From Pyrinomonadaceae bacterium (GTDB lineage: Bacteria > Acidobacteriota > Blastocatellia > Pyrinomonadales > Pyrinomonadaceae): 64,000 nucleotides of DNA. Positions 9,922 through 19,402 of the stretch are shown here, one piece after another. Each line of letters begins with the position of its first letter. The stretch's first letter is position 1. The position numbers and the translations under genes were made by a program. Where the stretch lies: positions 936 through 64,935 of the forward strand of contig JBHEMC010000011.1 of NCBI GenBank assembly GCA_046262775.1, written 5' to 3'. Below the pieces are notes generated by a model. That model was not told the origin of the DNA. It did no database searches and saw only the letters and a list, made by a program, of their open reading frames with translations.

Positions 9922-9930
9922 AACCTAACT

Positions 9931-11688
9931 CTACCTTGCAGCTGGCATCGGTTTTCGCGTTAGCTTTTCATCTCGCGTCGCAGCGTTGTATACGAACGCT
10001 GCCATAATTGTTGCCGCCTGCTTCATGTCATCTGCCTGAATTCGATCAAATACGTCCTGATTTGAATGGTGCGTACGGCTGTCGTATTCAATTTCGTCTT
10101 GGATAAATTGAAATCCGGGTAAACCGATCGCATCGAACGAAAGGTGATCGGTACCACCTGTGTTCGAGATCGACAGGGTCGCTGCTCCCATATCTCTAAA
10201 CGGCATCAACCATTGACGGAACAGCGAACGCACGGATTCATTTCCCTGCAGATAAACACCGCGTATTTTGCCGGTGCCATTGTCGAGGTTAAAGTACGAG
10301 CTTAGTCGCTCGTATTCCGGTTTCTTCACCAGTACAGGAACTGGTGCAGTTGCGCCAGGGCCACCGCCGTTCCCGCTGCCGTTGCCAATGCCGGCGCCGT
10401 TACCGTTGCCGCTTCCGGCGCTATTCGTTGCCGCAGTCGGCGTTTGCATGGATCCGAAATGTTCCGCCACGTATGCCCGCGATCCAAGCAGTCCCTGCTC
10501 TTCTCCTGTCCACAATGCCACGCGAATGGTGCGACGAGGTTTCAGACCGAGTGCCTGAATTATTCGTACTGCTTCCATAGCAACTGCAACGCCAGCTCCG
10601 TTATCTGTTGCTCCTGTCCCCGAATGCCATGAATCCATGTGTCCACCGAGCATCACAATCTCATCTTTCAAATCGGTGCCGGGTATTTCGGCAATCGTGT
10701 TGTAGCCCATCGGATCAGAGTCTTGCCACGCCACTGCAAGGTCCACCGTCATCTTCACCGCTTCGCCCGCCTGAAGCATTCGTGCGATGCGATTGTATTG
10801 TTCGATTGAAAGAACGAGTTGCGGCGTAACTTTTGGCGCGCTCTTGTCGTACGGTGGCAGAGTTCTGACCGGCGTTGCATTCGGATCTGCCTGCGGAGGA
10901 GCGGGCGGAACGGACGCAGATTGGACGAATAGAGTGCCACCGTCACCACGACTTGGATCTATCAAGACAGCAGCGCCTTCCTGTTGAAAGAAACGCAACT
11001 TGGCCCCGGCAAATTGAAATGCACCGCGAGCGGCTGGATTGCCGCCCTGAAAGTTGCCGCGTCCCGCTAATCTTGGTTCGGGAGCATCTGCCAGCGCGAG
11101 TAAATTTTTTTCATCGCGACGAGTACCAAGTGCTTCGAAGTGAGCAGGCACTTCCCTCATCGGCGCAGTTAAAACGATTTTGCCGGCCAACTTTCCTTTG
11201 AATTTCTCGAGATCAGCCTCGTTACGTGCGTCGACGTAAACCACTTCTGCCGTTAAGGGCGCGTCGAACCCCGGAGACCATGCTTTCGGGTACGCAATCA
11301 GCGGGATGTCTTGCGGCTCCGATACCTGAACTGAGAATCGTTTCAAACTCCAACCTCTGCCGAACGGTCCCCACGCTTCAAGATGACCATTCTGCAAACC
11401 CCACTTCGTCATCTGATCGCGCGTCCACTCGTTCGCCCGTTTCATATTTGGTGAAGCGGTTAGTCGTGGTCCAATAACATCACTTAGATAACTGAGCGTT
11501 TGCATCACCTGTGACCGATTCATACCCTCATCTTTGATTCGTTCAATCGGATCGTTTGGGTCTGGGGCTGGAGCCTGCGGCCCCGCGGGTCTGGCAGCAG
11601 AAGCTTGCGGCGTTTGCGCCCACAAAGCACCGGGTGACACCATCGAGATCAAAAGCAGCACGACCGCTGTGCGGCGCCGTAGCATCAT
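9931..11688 (-). CDS. M28-family secreted aminopeptidase with PA domain
   Basis: 585 aa with a signal peptide [25 protein letters not shown]. Zinc-site motifs are [37 protein letters not shown] and GGTDHLSF. An internal G/N-rich low-complexity insert is present. Confidence 0.8.
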   Translation of the reverse strand: MMLRRRTAVVLLLISMVSPGALWAQTPQASAARPAGPQAPAPDPNDPIERIKDEGMNRSQVMQTLSYLSDVIGPRLTASPNMKRANEWTRDQMTKWGLQNGHLEAWGPFGRGWSLKRFSVQVSEPQDIPLIAYPKAWSPGFDAPLTAEVVYVDARNEADLEKFKGKLAGKIVLTAPMREVPAHFEALGTRRDEKNLLALADAPEPRLAGRGNFQGGNPAARGAFQFAGAKLRFFQQEGAAVLIDPSRGDGGTLFVQSASVPPAPPQADPNATPVRTLPPYDKSAPKVTPQLVLSIEQYNRIARMLQAGEAVKMTVDLAVAWQDSDPMGYNTIAEIPGTDLKDEIVMLGGHMDSWHSGTGATDNGAGVAVAMEAVRIIQALGLKPRRTIRVALWTGEEQGLLGSRAYVAEHFGSMQTPTAATNSAGSGNGNGAGIGNGSGNGGGPGATAPVPVLVKKPEYERLSSYFNLDNGTGKIRGVYLQGNESVRSLFRQWLMPFRDMGAATLSISNTGGTDHLSFDAIGLPGFQFIQDEIEYDSRTHHSNQDVFDRIQADDMKQAATIMAAFVYNAATRDEKLTRKPMPAAR

Positions 11689-11800
11689 GATAGTTCTCCT
11701 CGAGTTATTTGTTTTTGACTGCAGGAAATTGCACCTACGGAAGAAGAATGGATTGGACGGCGCTAATACTGCACCGTCGCCGGTCAGAATTCAAGCGAGA

Positions 11801-14314
11801 TCAGCGAGTCGCTCTGATTTCAGTTGGCTGGTTTGGAGGCTCTACTGCGTTAGAACGGAATCCGCAATCTTCATTCGCACAGTAGCGGAACGTGCCCTGC
11901 TTCTTAGTAGTCTTTTCGAGCAGAAAAGGCGCACCACAATTCGGACAGATCTCAATCACCGGCTTGTCCCAATAAACGACTTTACAATTCGGGTATTCAG
12001 AACAACCATAAAATGCTTTGCCACGCTTCGACTTCTTCACTACCAGTTCGCCCTTGCAACCTGGTCGTGGACACGACACACCGGTAGTCTCCTGTTTAAT
12101 GTACTTACATTTCGGATAATTTGAGCACGCGATGAACTCGCCATAACGACCGACTCGCCTTACTAATTGTGCGTTGTCTACGGGACATTTCTCGTCGAGT
12201 ATCACTGGAGCCGGTGCGGCCACGCCGCTTTTTGCAATCTTGCGAATGTTCCGACACTCAGGATAACCGGTGCAGCCCAGGAATGGTCCAAAGCGACCAC
12301 GCTTTAACTGCATCTGTTTGCCGCAGAGTTCGCAGACTTCTGGTTCCGGCGATCCTTCGCTTGCAGTTTGAGAATCACCATCGACGCCGTCAGTACCTGC
12401 AGGCGTCTCTGCGTCGCGGGTAGCTTCGCAATTCAGACATTTGAGATAAGGGCCGAACCGTCCCCACTTCTGCACCATTCCGATTGCCCCGCACTTCAGA
12501 CAAATCTCGTCAGTGGGTTTGTTTTTTTCCTTGATGTCTTTGATATAGATCTTGAACTTATTCAGGTCACCTTCAAACTTGTCATAAAACTCGCGTAAAG
12601 CGGCAGTCCATTCAATTTTACCTTCTTCTATGTCGTCGAGCTCTTCTTCCATTCGTGCCGTGTAGCTCTCATTGAAAAGGTCGTCGAAGCCGCCCTCGAT
12701 CAGTAGATCGTTGACGGTCTTACCTAGAGCTGTCGGATGGAAGCGTCCCTGCATCTTTTCGACATATTCCCTTTCCTGAATGGTCGACATGATAGCCGCG
12801 TACGTCGATGGCCGGCCAATGCCCTTCTCTTCCAGAGCTTTCACGAGAGTAGCCTCGGTATAACGCGGTGGCGGTTCTGTAAAATGTTGTTCAGGCGTTA
12901 ATGAATTGAGCTTTAGCGTCTCGCCTTTCTGCACAAGTGGGAGACTTCTCTCAGCTTCATCGTCATCCTCCGACTTTTCGTCTCGGCCTTCCTGATACAC
13001 TTTCAAGAACCCGTCAAACTTCTGCACAGAGCCCGTCGCACGAAATACGAAGCGTCCCGCTTCGATGTCGATAGTTGTTTGATCAAAGACAGCAGCATTC
13101 ATCTGCGAAGCCACGAACCGCTGCCAGATCAATCGATAGAGTTTCAGCTCTTCAGGGTTTAAAAACTGCGAGAGTGAGTCGGGCGTGCGTGCCACTTCCG
13201 TCGGACGAATAGCTTCATGGGCATCCTGCGCGTCCTTTTTGGAACGATAGTGCACCGCTTTTTCCGGTACGTAGGCAGCGCCGTATTGACGCGAGATAAA
13301 ATCGCGCGCTTCCTGCAGTGCGGTCTCAGAAACCCTAGTAGAGTCTGTTCGCATGTAGGTGATTAAACCCACGGCACCTTCTGAACCAAGTTCCACTCCC
13401 TCATATAGTTTCTGCGCTAACATCATCGTCTTCTTCACGGCAAAGCCCAGCTTACGCGACGCTTCCTGTTGCAACTTTGAGGTGATGAACGGTGGAACAG
13501 GATTTCGCTTTCGCTCTTTGGTGGTTACGTCACTGACGATGAACGATCGATTTTGCGCTTCAGCTACGATGCTATTTGCTTTTTCATCGCTGTCGATCAG
13601 CAGTTCATTCTTCTTAACGGGCTGATCAAATCCGCTTGTCTTAACACTCTGCTGATCGACTCTTAGAAGGCGAGAGTCAAACGACGGTGGCAGTGCAGCA
13701 CTAACGTTGGCGGCAATGCTCCAATATTCAGTTTTGACAAATTGCTCAATCTCACGTTCACGCTCCACCACCATCCGCAACGCGACTGACTGCACACGCC
13801 CGGCACTTAACCGCCCACCGATCGTCCTGCACAGCAACGGCGAAACTTTGTATCCAACCAGTCGATCAAGGACACGCCGAGCTTGTTGTGCATCCACGAG
13901 GTTTTCGTCAATTTTGCGAGGGTGCTCGAACGCCTCGTTAACGGCTCGTTTGGTTATCTCGTTAAACATCACGCGATAAGCAGGTTTTGCGGGACGCTTG
14001 GGAACAATCTCTTCAGCCAGGTGTTGGCAAATCGCCTCGCCCTCACGATCCGGATCAGCCGCAAGGTAAACGGCATCCGCTTCCTTCGCAGCTTTCTTCA
14101 GTTCAGCAACAATCCTCTTGTTATTTCGTTTCTTCGAGTCGGGAATCAATTCATAAGTGGGCGCAAAATCGTGTTCTACATCAACTCCGAGACCTTTTGA
14201 CGGTAGATCTTTAATATGGCCTATCGAAGCCTTAACCAGATCGTCCTTTCCTAGATATTTGTTGATTGTTTTTGCCTTTGCAGGCGATTCAACTATAACG
14301 AGATTTTTTGCCAT
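11801..14314 (-). CDS. topA: DNA topoisomerase I
   Basis: 837 aa. The TOPRIM start is MAKNLVIVESPAKAKTINKYLG, the active-site region is GLITYMRTDSTRVS, and there are several C-terminal CxxC...CxxC zinc ribbons. The conserved dprA-topA synteny is present. Confidence 0.95.
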   Translation of the reverse strand: MAKNLVIVESPAKAKTINKYLGKDDLVKASIGHIKDLPSKGLGVDVEHDFAPTYELIPDSKKRNNKRIVAELKKAAKEADAVYLAADPDREGEAICQHLAEEIVPKRPAKPAYRVMFNEITKRAVNEAFEHPRKIDENLVDAQQARRVLDRLVGYKVSPLLCRTIGGRLSAGRVQSVALRMVVEREREIEQFVKTEYWSIAANVSAALPPSFDSRLLRVDQQSVKTSGFDQPVKKNELLIDSDEKANSIVAEAQNRSFIVSDVTTKERKRNPVPPFITSKLQQEASRKLGFAVKKTMMLAQKLYEGVELGSEGAVGLITYMRTDSTRVSETALQEARDFISRQYGAAYVPEKAVHYRSKKDAQDAHEAIRPTEVARTPDSLSQFLNPEELKLYRLIWQRFVASQMNAAVFDQTTIDIEAGRFVFRATGSVQKFDGFLKVYQEGRDEKSEDDDEAERSLPLVQKGETLKLNSLTPEQHFTEPPPRYTEATLVKALEEKGIGRPSTYAAIMSTIQEREYVEKMQGRFHPTALGKTVNDLLIEGGFDDLFNESYTARMEEELDDIEEGKIEWTAALREFYDKFEGDLNKFKIYIKDIKEKNKPTDEICLKCGAIGMVQKWGRFGPYLKCLNCEATRDAETPAGTDGVDGDSQTASEGSPEPEVCELCGKQMQLKRGRFGPFLGCTGYPECRNIRKIAKSGVAAPAPVILDEKCPVDNAQLVRRVGRYGEFIACSNYPKCKYIKQETTGVSCPRPGCKGELVVKKSKRGKAFYGCSEYPNCKVVYWDKPVIEICPNCGAPFLLEKTTKKQGTFRYCANEDCGFRSNAVEPPNQPTEIRATR

Positions 14315-14323
14315 CGTTTATTT

Positions 14324-14351
14324 CCGATTGTCTGTTGCCGATTGCCGATTG
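14324..14351 (-). repeat. Three copies of CAATCGG (plus-strand CCGATTG) in the topA 5' leader
   Basis: Copies lie at 14324-14330, 14338-14344 and 14345-14351, which is 10-37 nt upstream of the topA ATG (14314). The mRNA sense reads CAATCGGCAATCGGCAACAGACAATCGGAAATAAACGATG. Confidence 0.6.
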
Positions 14352-14451
14352 TGCCTAATACAACCGATCCATTCCTTAGATACCTTAGCAGTCACAGATC
14401 GAAGCGGCCATCATGCCAGTCAGCAATCGACCATGACAAACCATGAGCGCT

Positions 14452-15588
14452 TCACAATCTCCTCACATAACACTTCCCGGGTAATGCGCGAATCAGTTCT
14501 CGCATTTCCAACGCCAGCAACGCAGCAGTTACATCTGAAATCGACAGCATGCTTTGAGTGATCACTGAATCGATGTGCGACGGACTGTCGTGATTCAATA
14601 GCTTGAACACTCTCGTTTCCGCTTTTGACAAACCCTCCGGCACAAACCCAAGCCGATCATTCAAAGACTGTTCTGTTTTCTGTTCGCCGAACGGCGGCGG
14701 CAATAAGGCCGCCGCAATCTGAGGTGGTAACTCAGTAGCGACGTCCTGCCACTGCTGCACCAATTTGGCGCCTGCCCCCTTGATTAAATAGTTCGTCCCA
14801 AACGAATTTCGCGAAGTAATGTTTCCGGGCACCGCGAAAACTTCCCGATTCTGTTCAATTGCCAGACGCGCTGTTATCAATGACCCTGAGTTTTCAGCTG
14901 CTTCAACCACCAGTACGCCAAGGCTCAGTCCGCTAATGATGCGATTGCGATACGGAAAGTTTTCCGAGGCTGGTGGAGTGGCGAGAGGAAACTGAGTCAC
15001 CATCGCTCCGTTTTTCGCCAGGATCTCGCCGGCTAACTTCTTGTGATCGCGAGGATAATACTCATCGATTCCAGTCCCCAACACAGCGACAGTACGACCC
15101 CCTGCTTCAAGTGCGCCACGATGGGCGGCAGCATCAATACCACGAGCAAAGCCCGAAATGATTGTCACACCTCGTTGCGCCAGATCCCGGGCCAACATTA
15201 GCGCGGCGTTTTGGCCATAGGTGGAACAGCGTCGTGAGCCAACTACGGCCACACAAGGTCGCTCCAGACATTCCGCCCACGCACCCTTCACGTAAAGTAC
15301 GATGGGCGGGTCGTAAATCTCGCGCAACGATGCGGGGTAAACACCATCATCGAGCAGCAGAATGTCGCCATCGCATTTTCGGACATTCCGAATCTCGGCA
15401 TCGGCGACTGCACGGAGGTCGCGGCCGATGATTGTATCAATCGCTTCAGGCGTGATCCGCAATTGCTCCAATTCAGCACGCCTTGCCTGATAGACGCCTT
15501 CTGCAGAACCAAAGCGTTCGAGAAGTTTGGCAGCGGCGCGAGGTCCGATGCCCGGTGTCATATTGAGCTCAACCCAATCTCTGATCAT
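14452..15588 (-). CDS. dprA: DNA-processing protein DprA (Smf)
   Basis: 378 aa with the Rossmann-type DprA core AVVGSRRCSTYG...GFARGIDAAAHRGALEAGGRTVAVLGTGID...SGSLITARLAIEQNREVFAVPG. It is located upstream of topA. Confidence 0.9.
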   Translation of the reverse strand: MIRDWVELNMTPGIGPRAAAKLLERFGSAEGVYQARRAELEQLRITPEAIDTIIGRDLRAVADAEIRNVRKCDGDILLLDDGVYPASLREIYDPPIVLYVKGAWAECLERPCVAVVGSRRCSTYGQNAALMLARDLAQRGVTIISGFARGIDAAAHRGALEAGGRTVAVLGTGIDEYYPRDHKKLAGEILAKNGAMVTQFPLATPPASENFPYRNRIISGLSLGVLVVEAAENSGSLITARLAIEQNREVFAVPGNITSRNSFGTNYLIKGAGAKLVQQWQDVATELPPQIAAALLPPPFGEQKTEQSLNDRLGFVPEGLSKAETRVFKLLNHDSPSHIDSVITQSMLSISDVTAALLALEMRELIRALPGKCYVRRL

Positions 15589-15661
15589 GTGAGGATTCCC
15601 TTCTTGAGCTTTGTCCTGTCACTTCCGCATGTAAAGAACAGTGCTGCTGGAGCCGACATTC

Positions 15662-15760
15662 TGGCGGAGGCGTGTAGGAATCGAACCTACCTGAGCCCGC
15701 TCTCACGGTCTCACTAACGGTTTTGAAGACCGCGCCGTTCACCAGAACAGATTCGCCTCC
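15662..15760 (-). tRNA. selC: tRNA-Sec (anticodon UCA)
   Basis: The reverse complement reads GGAGGCGAATCTGTTCTGGTGAACGGCGCGGTCTTCAAAACCGTTAGTGAGACCGTGAGAGCGGGCTCAGGTAGGTTCGATTCCTACACGCCTCCGCCA. It has a 6-bp D stem (CTGTTC/GAACGG) with a 4-nt loop, the anticodon loop CTTCAAA, a long extra arm, a GTAGG-TTCGATT-CCTAC T arm and an encoded CCA. The layout parallels E. coli selC. Confidence 0.9.
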
Positions 15761-16090
15761 GAAGCCCGAATCCTATGGTTAAGCCTGAAGCGGCGGAACT
15801 CCAGTTTGTTTGGGGCTCGAAGGCTCCAAACCCTACGCGGGAGAACGTCAGACTGTCAAGAGGATGCTGAAGGAGAAGATGAGAGATGAACGATGACGGA
15901 TCAGAAATTAAGGCGGAAGGTGGGCTGCCACGCGAGTGCTATTGACTCTGCCGACTCAGAAGAGCCATTTGAATCAAAAGAGTGGTCTTCAATTCATCAA
16001 TTCACAGGAAGGCTGGTTCGCCCGCTGACCTCATAACCATTCTACTAAGACGTCTCATGTTTCGCCCAGCCAACTGCTCACCCAGCTCAC

Positions 16091-16143
16091 TTGACCAACT
16101 CTTTCCCCACGTTTATTCTGTTTTCGAACGGACGTTCGAACGG
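16091..16143 (+). promoter_or_regulatory. Candidate sigma70-type promoter plus tandem operator repeat upstream of boxC
   Basis: TTGACC (16091-16096), a 17-nt spacer, then TATTCT (16114-16119). This is followed immediately by TTCGAACGG-ACG-TTCGAACGG (16123-16143), which contains the palindrome CGTTCGAACG (16133-16142). The boxC ATG is at 16200. Confidence 0.45.
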
Positions 16144-16199
16144 CAGGCAGGACGGGGGCTTTTAAATCGGGTTCGGGAAGACCTTTTTGAGGGTAGCGA

Positions 16200-17825
16200 A
16201 TGATCAATTTTCAAACTAATCCGGAAAAATACCGCCATTGGAAATTCTCTGTCGATGGGGGGGTTGCAAACCTTTCAATGGATGTTTCCGAGGATGAGAC
16301 TCTGGCCGAAGGTTACAAGTTGAAACTCAATTCCTACGACCTCGGAGTCGACATCGAGCTGGCAGACGCAATCCAACGCATTCGCTTCGAGCATCCTCAA
16401 GTATGCGCAGTTGTTATCACGAGTTTGAAGCCGCGAATCTTCTGCGCCGGTGCAAATATCTACATGCTCGGCACCTCGAGTCACACATTCAAGGTTAACT
16501 TCTGCAAGTTTACAAATGAAACCCGGTGTGCAATGGAAGACGATTCACGGCACTCCAGCCGAAAGTACATTGCAGCCCTCAATGGCACTGCGTCCGGCGG
16601 CGGATATGAACTCGCGATTGCCTGCGACGAGATTTATCTCGTCGATGACGGCAACTCTGCTGTTTCACTACCTGAAGTTCCTTTGCTGGGAGTTCTGCCT
16701 GGCACAGGCGGACTTACTCGACTCGTCGACAAGAGGAAAGTCCGCCGCGACCGAGCCGACGTGTTTTCAACCCTGGCTGAAGGATTGAAGGGTAAGCGGG
16801 CGAAAGAATGGAAACTGATTGACGATTTTTTCCCGACCAGCAGGTTTCAGGAATCAATCGCGAAGAGAGTTGAAGAAATAGTGAACACGACCGTCGCAGT
16901 GTCAGGAATTAAACTCAATCCGCTCGATGTGGAGAACACGAGTGACGGTCGCGAATACAAGTATGTAAAATTAAAACTGCACCGTGACGAACGCTATGCC
17001 GATCTCACTATCCACGGTCCTACTGAAGACCTTCCAACGGATGTCGCTCAGATCGAACAACTCGGCGATCGTTACTGGCCGCTGCAGGCTTATCGTGAGT
17101 TGGACGACATCTTATTACACCTCCGGGTGAATGAACCGGAAATTGGTCTAATCTGTTTGCGCGCCAACGCTGACGCAGACAAACTACTTGCAGTCGATAA
17201 AACACTAGCCGCCAACCGCAATCATTGGTTCGTCAAGGAAATTCTGCTGCATATGGCGCGAGTTCTTCGACGGCTCGATCTGACGGCTAAGAGTTTCTTC
17301 GCTATCGTTGAACCTGACAGCTGCTTCGCCGGCTGCTTGCTTGAATTGTTGCTTGCGTCAGACCGCAGCTACATGCTGGACGTGTCGGACAGCGACGGCC
17401 CGTTTCTATGGATCTCAGAATTGAACGGTGGTGCCCTGCCGATGAGCAACGGGTTGACGCGACTTCAGTCACATTTTTTGTCGGACCCGCAGAAAGCTGA
17501 CGAAATTTTAAGACACATCGCTCCTTTCGATACTCGAGCAGCGGAAGAATTAGGACTAATAACCTTTGCCCCTGACGATCTTGACTGGGAAGATGAAATT
17601 CGCGTGGCGATTGAAGAGCGAACGTCATTGTCGCCAGACGCATTGACGGGAATGGAGGCTTCGTTGCGGTTTGCCGGACCGGAAACGCTCGATACGAAGA
17701 TCTATGGACGATTGACTGCGTGGCAAAACTGGATTTTCCAACGACCAAACGCCGTCGGTGAGCGAGGAGCTTTGACTAATTACGGCAAGCCGACACAAGC
17801 GCAGTTTGATTTCAAAAGAACCTGA
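16200..17825 (+). CDS. boxC: Benzoyl-CoA-dihydrodiol lyase (2,3-epoxybenzoyl-CoA dihydrolase) BoxC
   Basis: 541 aa two-domain crotonase-fold protein. The block KFTNETRCAMEDDSRHSSRKYIAALNGTASGGGYELAIACDEIYLVDDGNSAVSLPEVPLLGVLPGTGGLTRLVDKRKVRRD matches my recollection of BoxC. It is adjacent to a boxB gene. Confidence 0.8.
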   Translation: MINFQTNPEKYRHWKFSVDGGVANLSMDVSEDETLAEGYKLKLNSYDLGVDIELADAIQRIRFEHPQVCAVVITSLKPRIFCAGANIYMLGTSSHTFKVNFCKFTNETRCAMEDDSRHSSRKYIAALNGTASGGGYELAIACDEIYLVDDGNSAVSLPEVPLLGVLPGTGGLTRLVDKRKVRRDRADVFSTLAEGLKGKRAKEWKLIDDFFPTSRFQESIAKRVEEIVNTTVAVSGIKLNPLDVENTSDGREYKYVKLKLHRDERYADLTIHGPTEDLPTDVAQIEQLGDRYWPLQAYRELDDILLHLRVNEPEIGLICLRANADADKLLAVDKTLAANRNHWFVKEILLHMARVLRRLDLTAKSFFAIVEPDSCFAGCLLELLLASDRSYMLDVSDSDGPFLWISELNGGALPMSNGLTRLQSHFLSDPQKADEILRHIAPFDTRAAEELGLITFAPDDLDWEDEIRVAIEERTSLSPDALTGMEASLRFAGPETLDTKIYGRLTAWQNWIFQRPNAVGERGALTNYGKPTQAQFDFKRT

Positions 17826-17904
17826 TTTGATTGGTGCGGGGGATTGAGGGCGAGGAGGTCCGCCTTCCAACGAGGACGCCGGCGCTCCGATAGGCAATTG
17901 AAAT

Positions 17905-19305
17905 ATGATGAACCTTTACGACCGCATACCCAACAACGTAAATCTTGCTGAGGAAAAAAAACTTCAGCGTGCTCTCGAAAACTGGCTGCCAAATTATCTC
18001 GAGTGGTGGCGCCAAATGGGACCCGACGGTTTTCAAGAGAAGGATGTCTGGCTGCGCACTGCAGTGGATGTCGGTGCGGAAGGTTGGGCGCATTTTGATT
18101 ACGTGAAAATGCCGGATTATCGCTGGGGCATCTTCCTGGAGCCTGCGACGCCCGACGCAAGAGTCGGATTCGGCGACAACTACGGTCGCCCGGCATATCA
18201 GGAGGTACCCGGTGAGTTTCGGAATGCACTGCGTCGCATAATCGTCACGCAAGGCGACACCGAACCTGCCTCTGTCGAACAGCAACGGCAGCTCGGAAAA
18301 ACCTGTCCTTCCCTCTATGACCTCCGGAACCTTTTTCAAGTTAATGTTGAGGAGGGACGTCATCTTTGGGCGATGGTATATCTGCTTCATGCGCACTTCG
18401 GTCGCGATGGTCGCGACGAGGCAGACGCTTTGTTGGAACGTCGCAGCGGAAATCCGGACAAACCAAGAATTCTCGAAGCGTTCAATCAACCGTGTGACGA
18501 TTGGCTAAACTTCTTCGCGTTTACCATGTTTACTGATCGGGACGGCAAGTATCAGCTTTCCGCGTTGGCAGAGTCTGGCTTTGAACCGCTCGCGCGTACG
18601 TGTCAGTTCATGTTGACGGAAGAAGCACATCACATGTTCGTCGGCGACACGGGTCTCGGCCGCGTCGTCAGACGTACCGCGCAACTGATGAAACAGGGAG
18701 ATGTACGACAACTGGGCGGAATTCCTTTAGAAATTGTGCAGAAGTACATCAACTTCTGGTTTAGTTATTCTCTCGATCTGTTTGGCGGCGAGATTAGCTC
18801 CAACTCAGCAGATTTCTTCGCCGCCGGTTTGAAGGGACGCTACAAAGAGCAGGAACAATATGACGATCACATCGCGGCCGAGCAGACTTATTCAATGCAG
18901 GTCGTGGAGAACGATGAACTTAAGCCGCGAACTATTGCCCTGCGGAATGCATTGAATGAACTGTTGCGCAGTGAATACGTCAAGGACTGCGAGAAAGGCC
19001 TGGCGCGCTGGAACAAGGTTCTCGCCGATGAAGGTTCGTCTGAACGACTCTACCTGCCTCACGCGCGTTTTCACCGGCACGTCGGCGAATACGCCGGACA
19101 TCATTTTGATATTGCTGGCAATTTAATGTCAGCGGAACAGTTTGAGCGCCGAAAGAAAGAGTGGTTGCCGTCGATGCACGATCGAGAGTATGTCCGCAGT
19201 TTGATGCATCCGGTGATCGAACCTGGAAAGATTGCAAACTGGATTGCGCCTCCGGCAGCGGGCATCAAAGGCAAACCGTTTGAATTTGAATACGTGAGAC
19301 TGTGA
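17905..19305 (+). CDS. boxB: Benzoyl-CoA 2,3-epoxidase (oxygenase) di-iron subunit BoxB
   Basis: 466 aa. The di-iron ligand regions NVEEGRHLWAMVYLL and FMLTEEAHHMFVGDTG, plus RRSGNPDKPRILEAFN, are typical of BoxB as I recall it. Confidence 0.8.
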   Translation: MMNLYDRIPNNVNLAEEKKLQRALENWLPNYLEWWRQMGPDGFQEKDVWLRTAVDVGAEGWAHFDYVKMPDYRWGIFLEPATPDARVGFGDNYGRPAYQEVPGEFRNALRRIIVTQGDTEPASVEQQRQLGKTCPSLYDLRNLFQVNVEEGRHLWAMVYLLHAHFGRDGRDEADALLERRSGNPDKPRILEAFNQPCDDWLNFFAFTMFTDRDGKYQLSALAESGFEPLARTCQFMLTEEAHHMFVGDTGLGRVVRRTAQLMKQGDVRQLGGIPLEIVQKYINFWFSYSLDLFGGEISSNSADFFAAGLKGRYKEQEQYDDHIAAEQTYSMQVVENDELKPRTIALRNALNELLRSEYVKDCEKGLARWNKVLADEGSSERLYLPHARFHRHVGEYAGHHFDIAGNLMSAEQFERRKKEWLPSMHDREYVRSLMHPVIEPGKIANWIAPPAAGIKGKPFEFEYVRL

Positions 19306-19402
19306 AAGAATCGTCTTTAAACTCTGGTTTTGATGTTTCCTCGCACGGTTCAGCCGGGCGACTGTCGAGCGAAAACCACAAAGCTTAAAAACCGCTGAAG
19401 TA

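Noticed and set aside
9525-9930. Considered whether the ~400-nt structured gap is RNase P RNA, tmRNA, 6S or SRP RNA, because its size is close to RNase P.
   Set aside because: Neither strand shows the universal RNase P blocks (GGAAAGUCC; ACAGAACCCGGCUUA in the correct order). There is no tmRNA tRNA-like end (GGUUCGAAUCC...CCA) or tag ORF, and no SRP GGAA/AGCA domain IV motif. It is left as an unclassified candidate.
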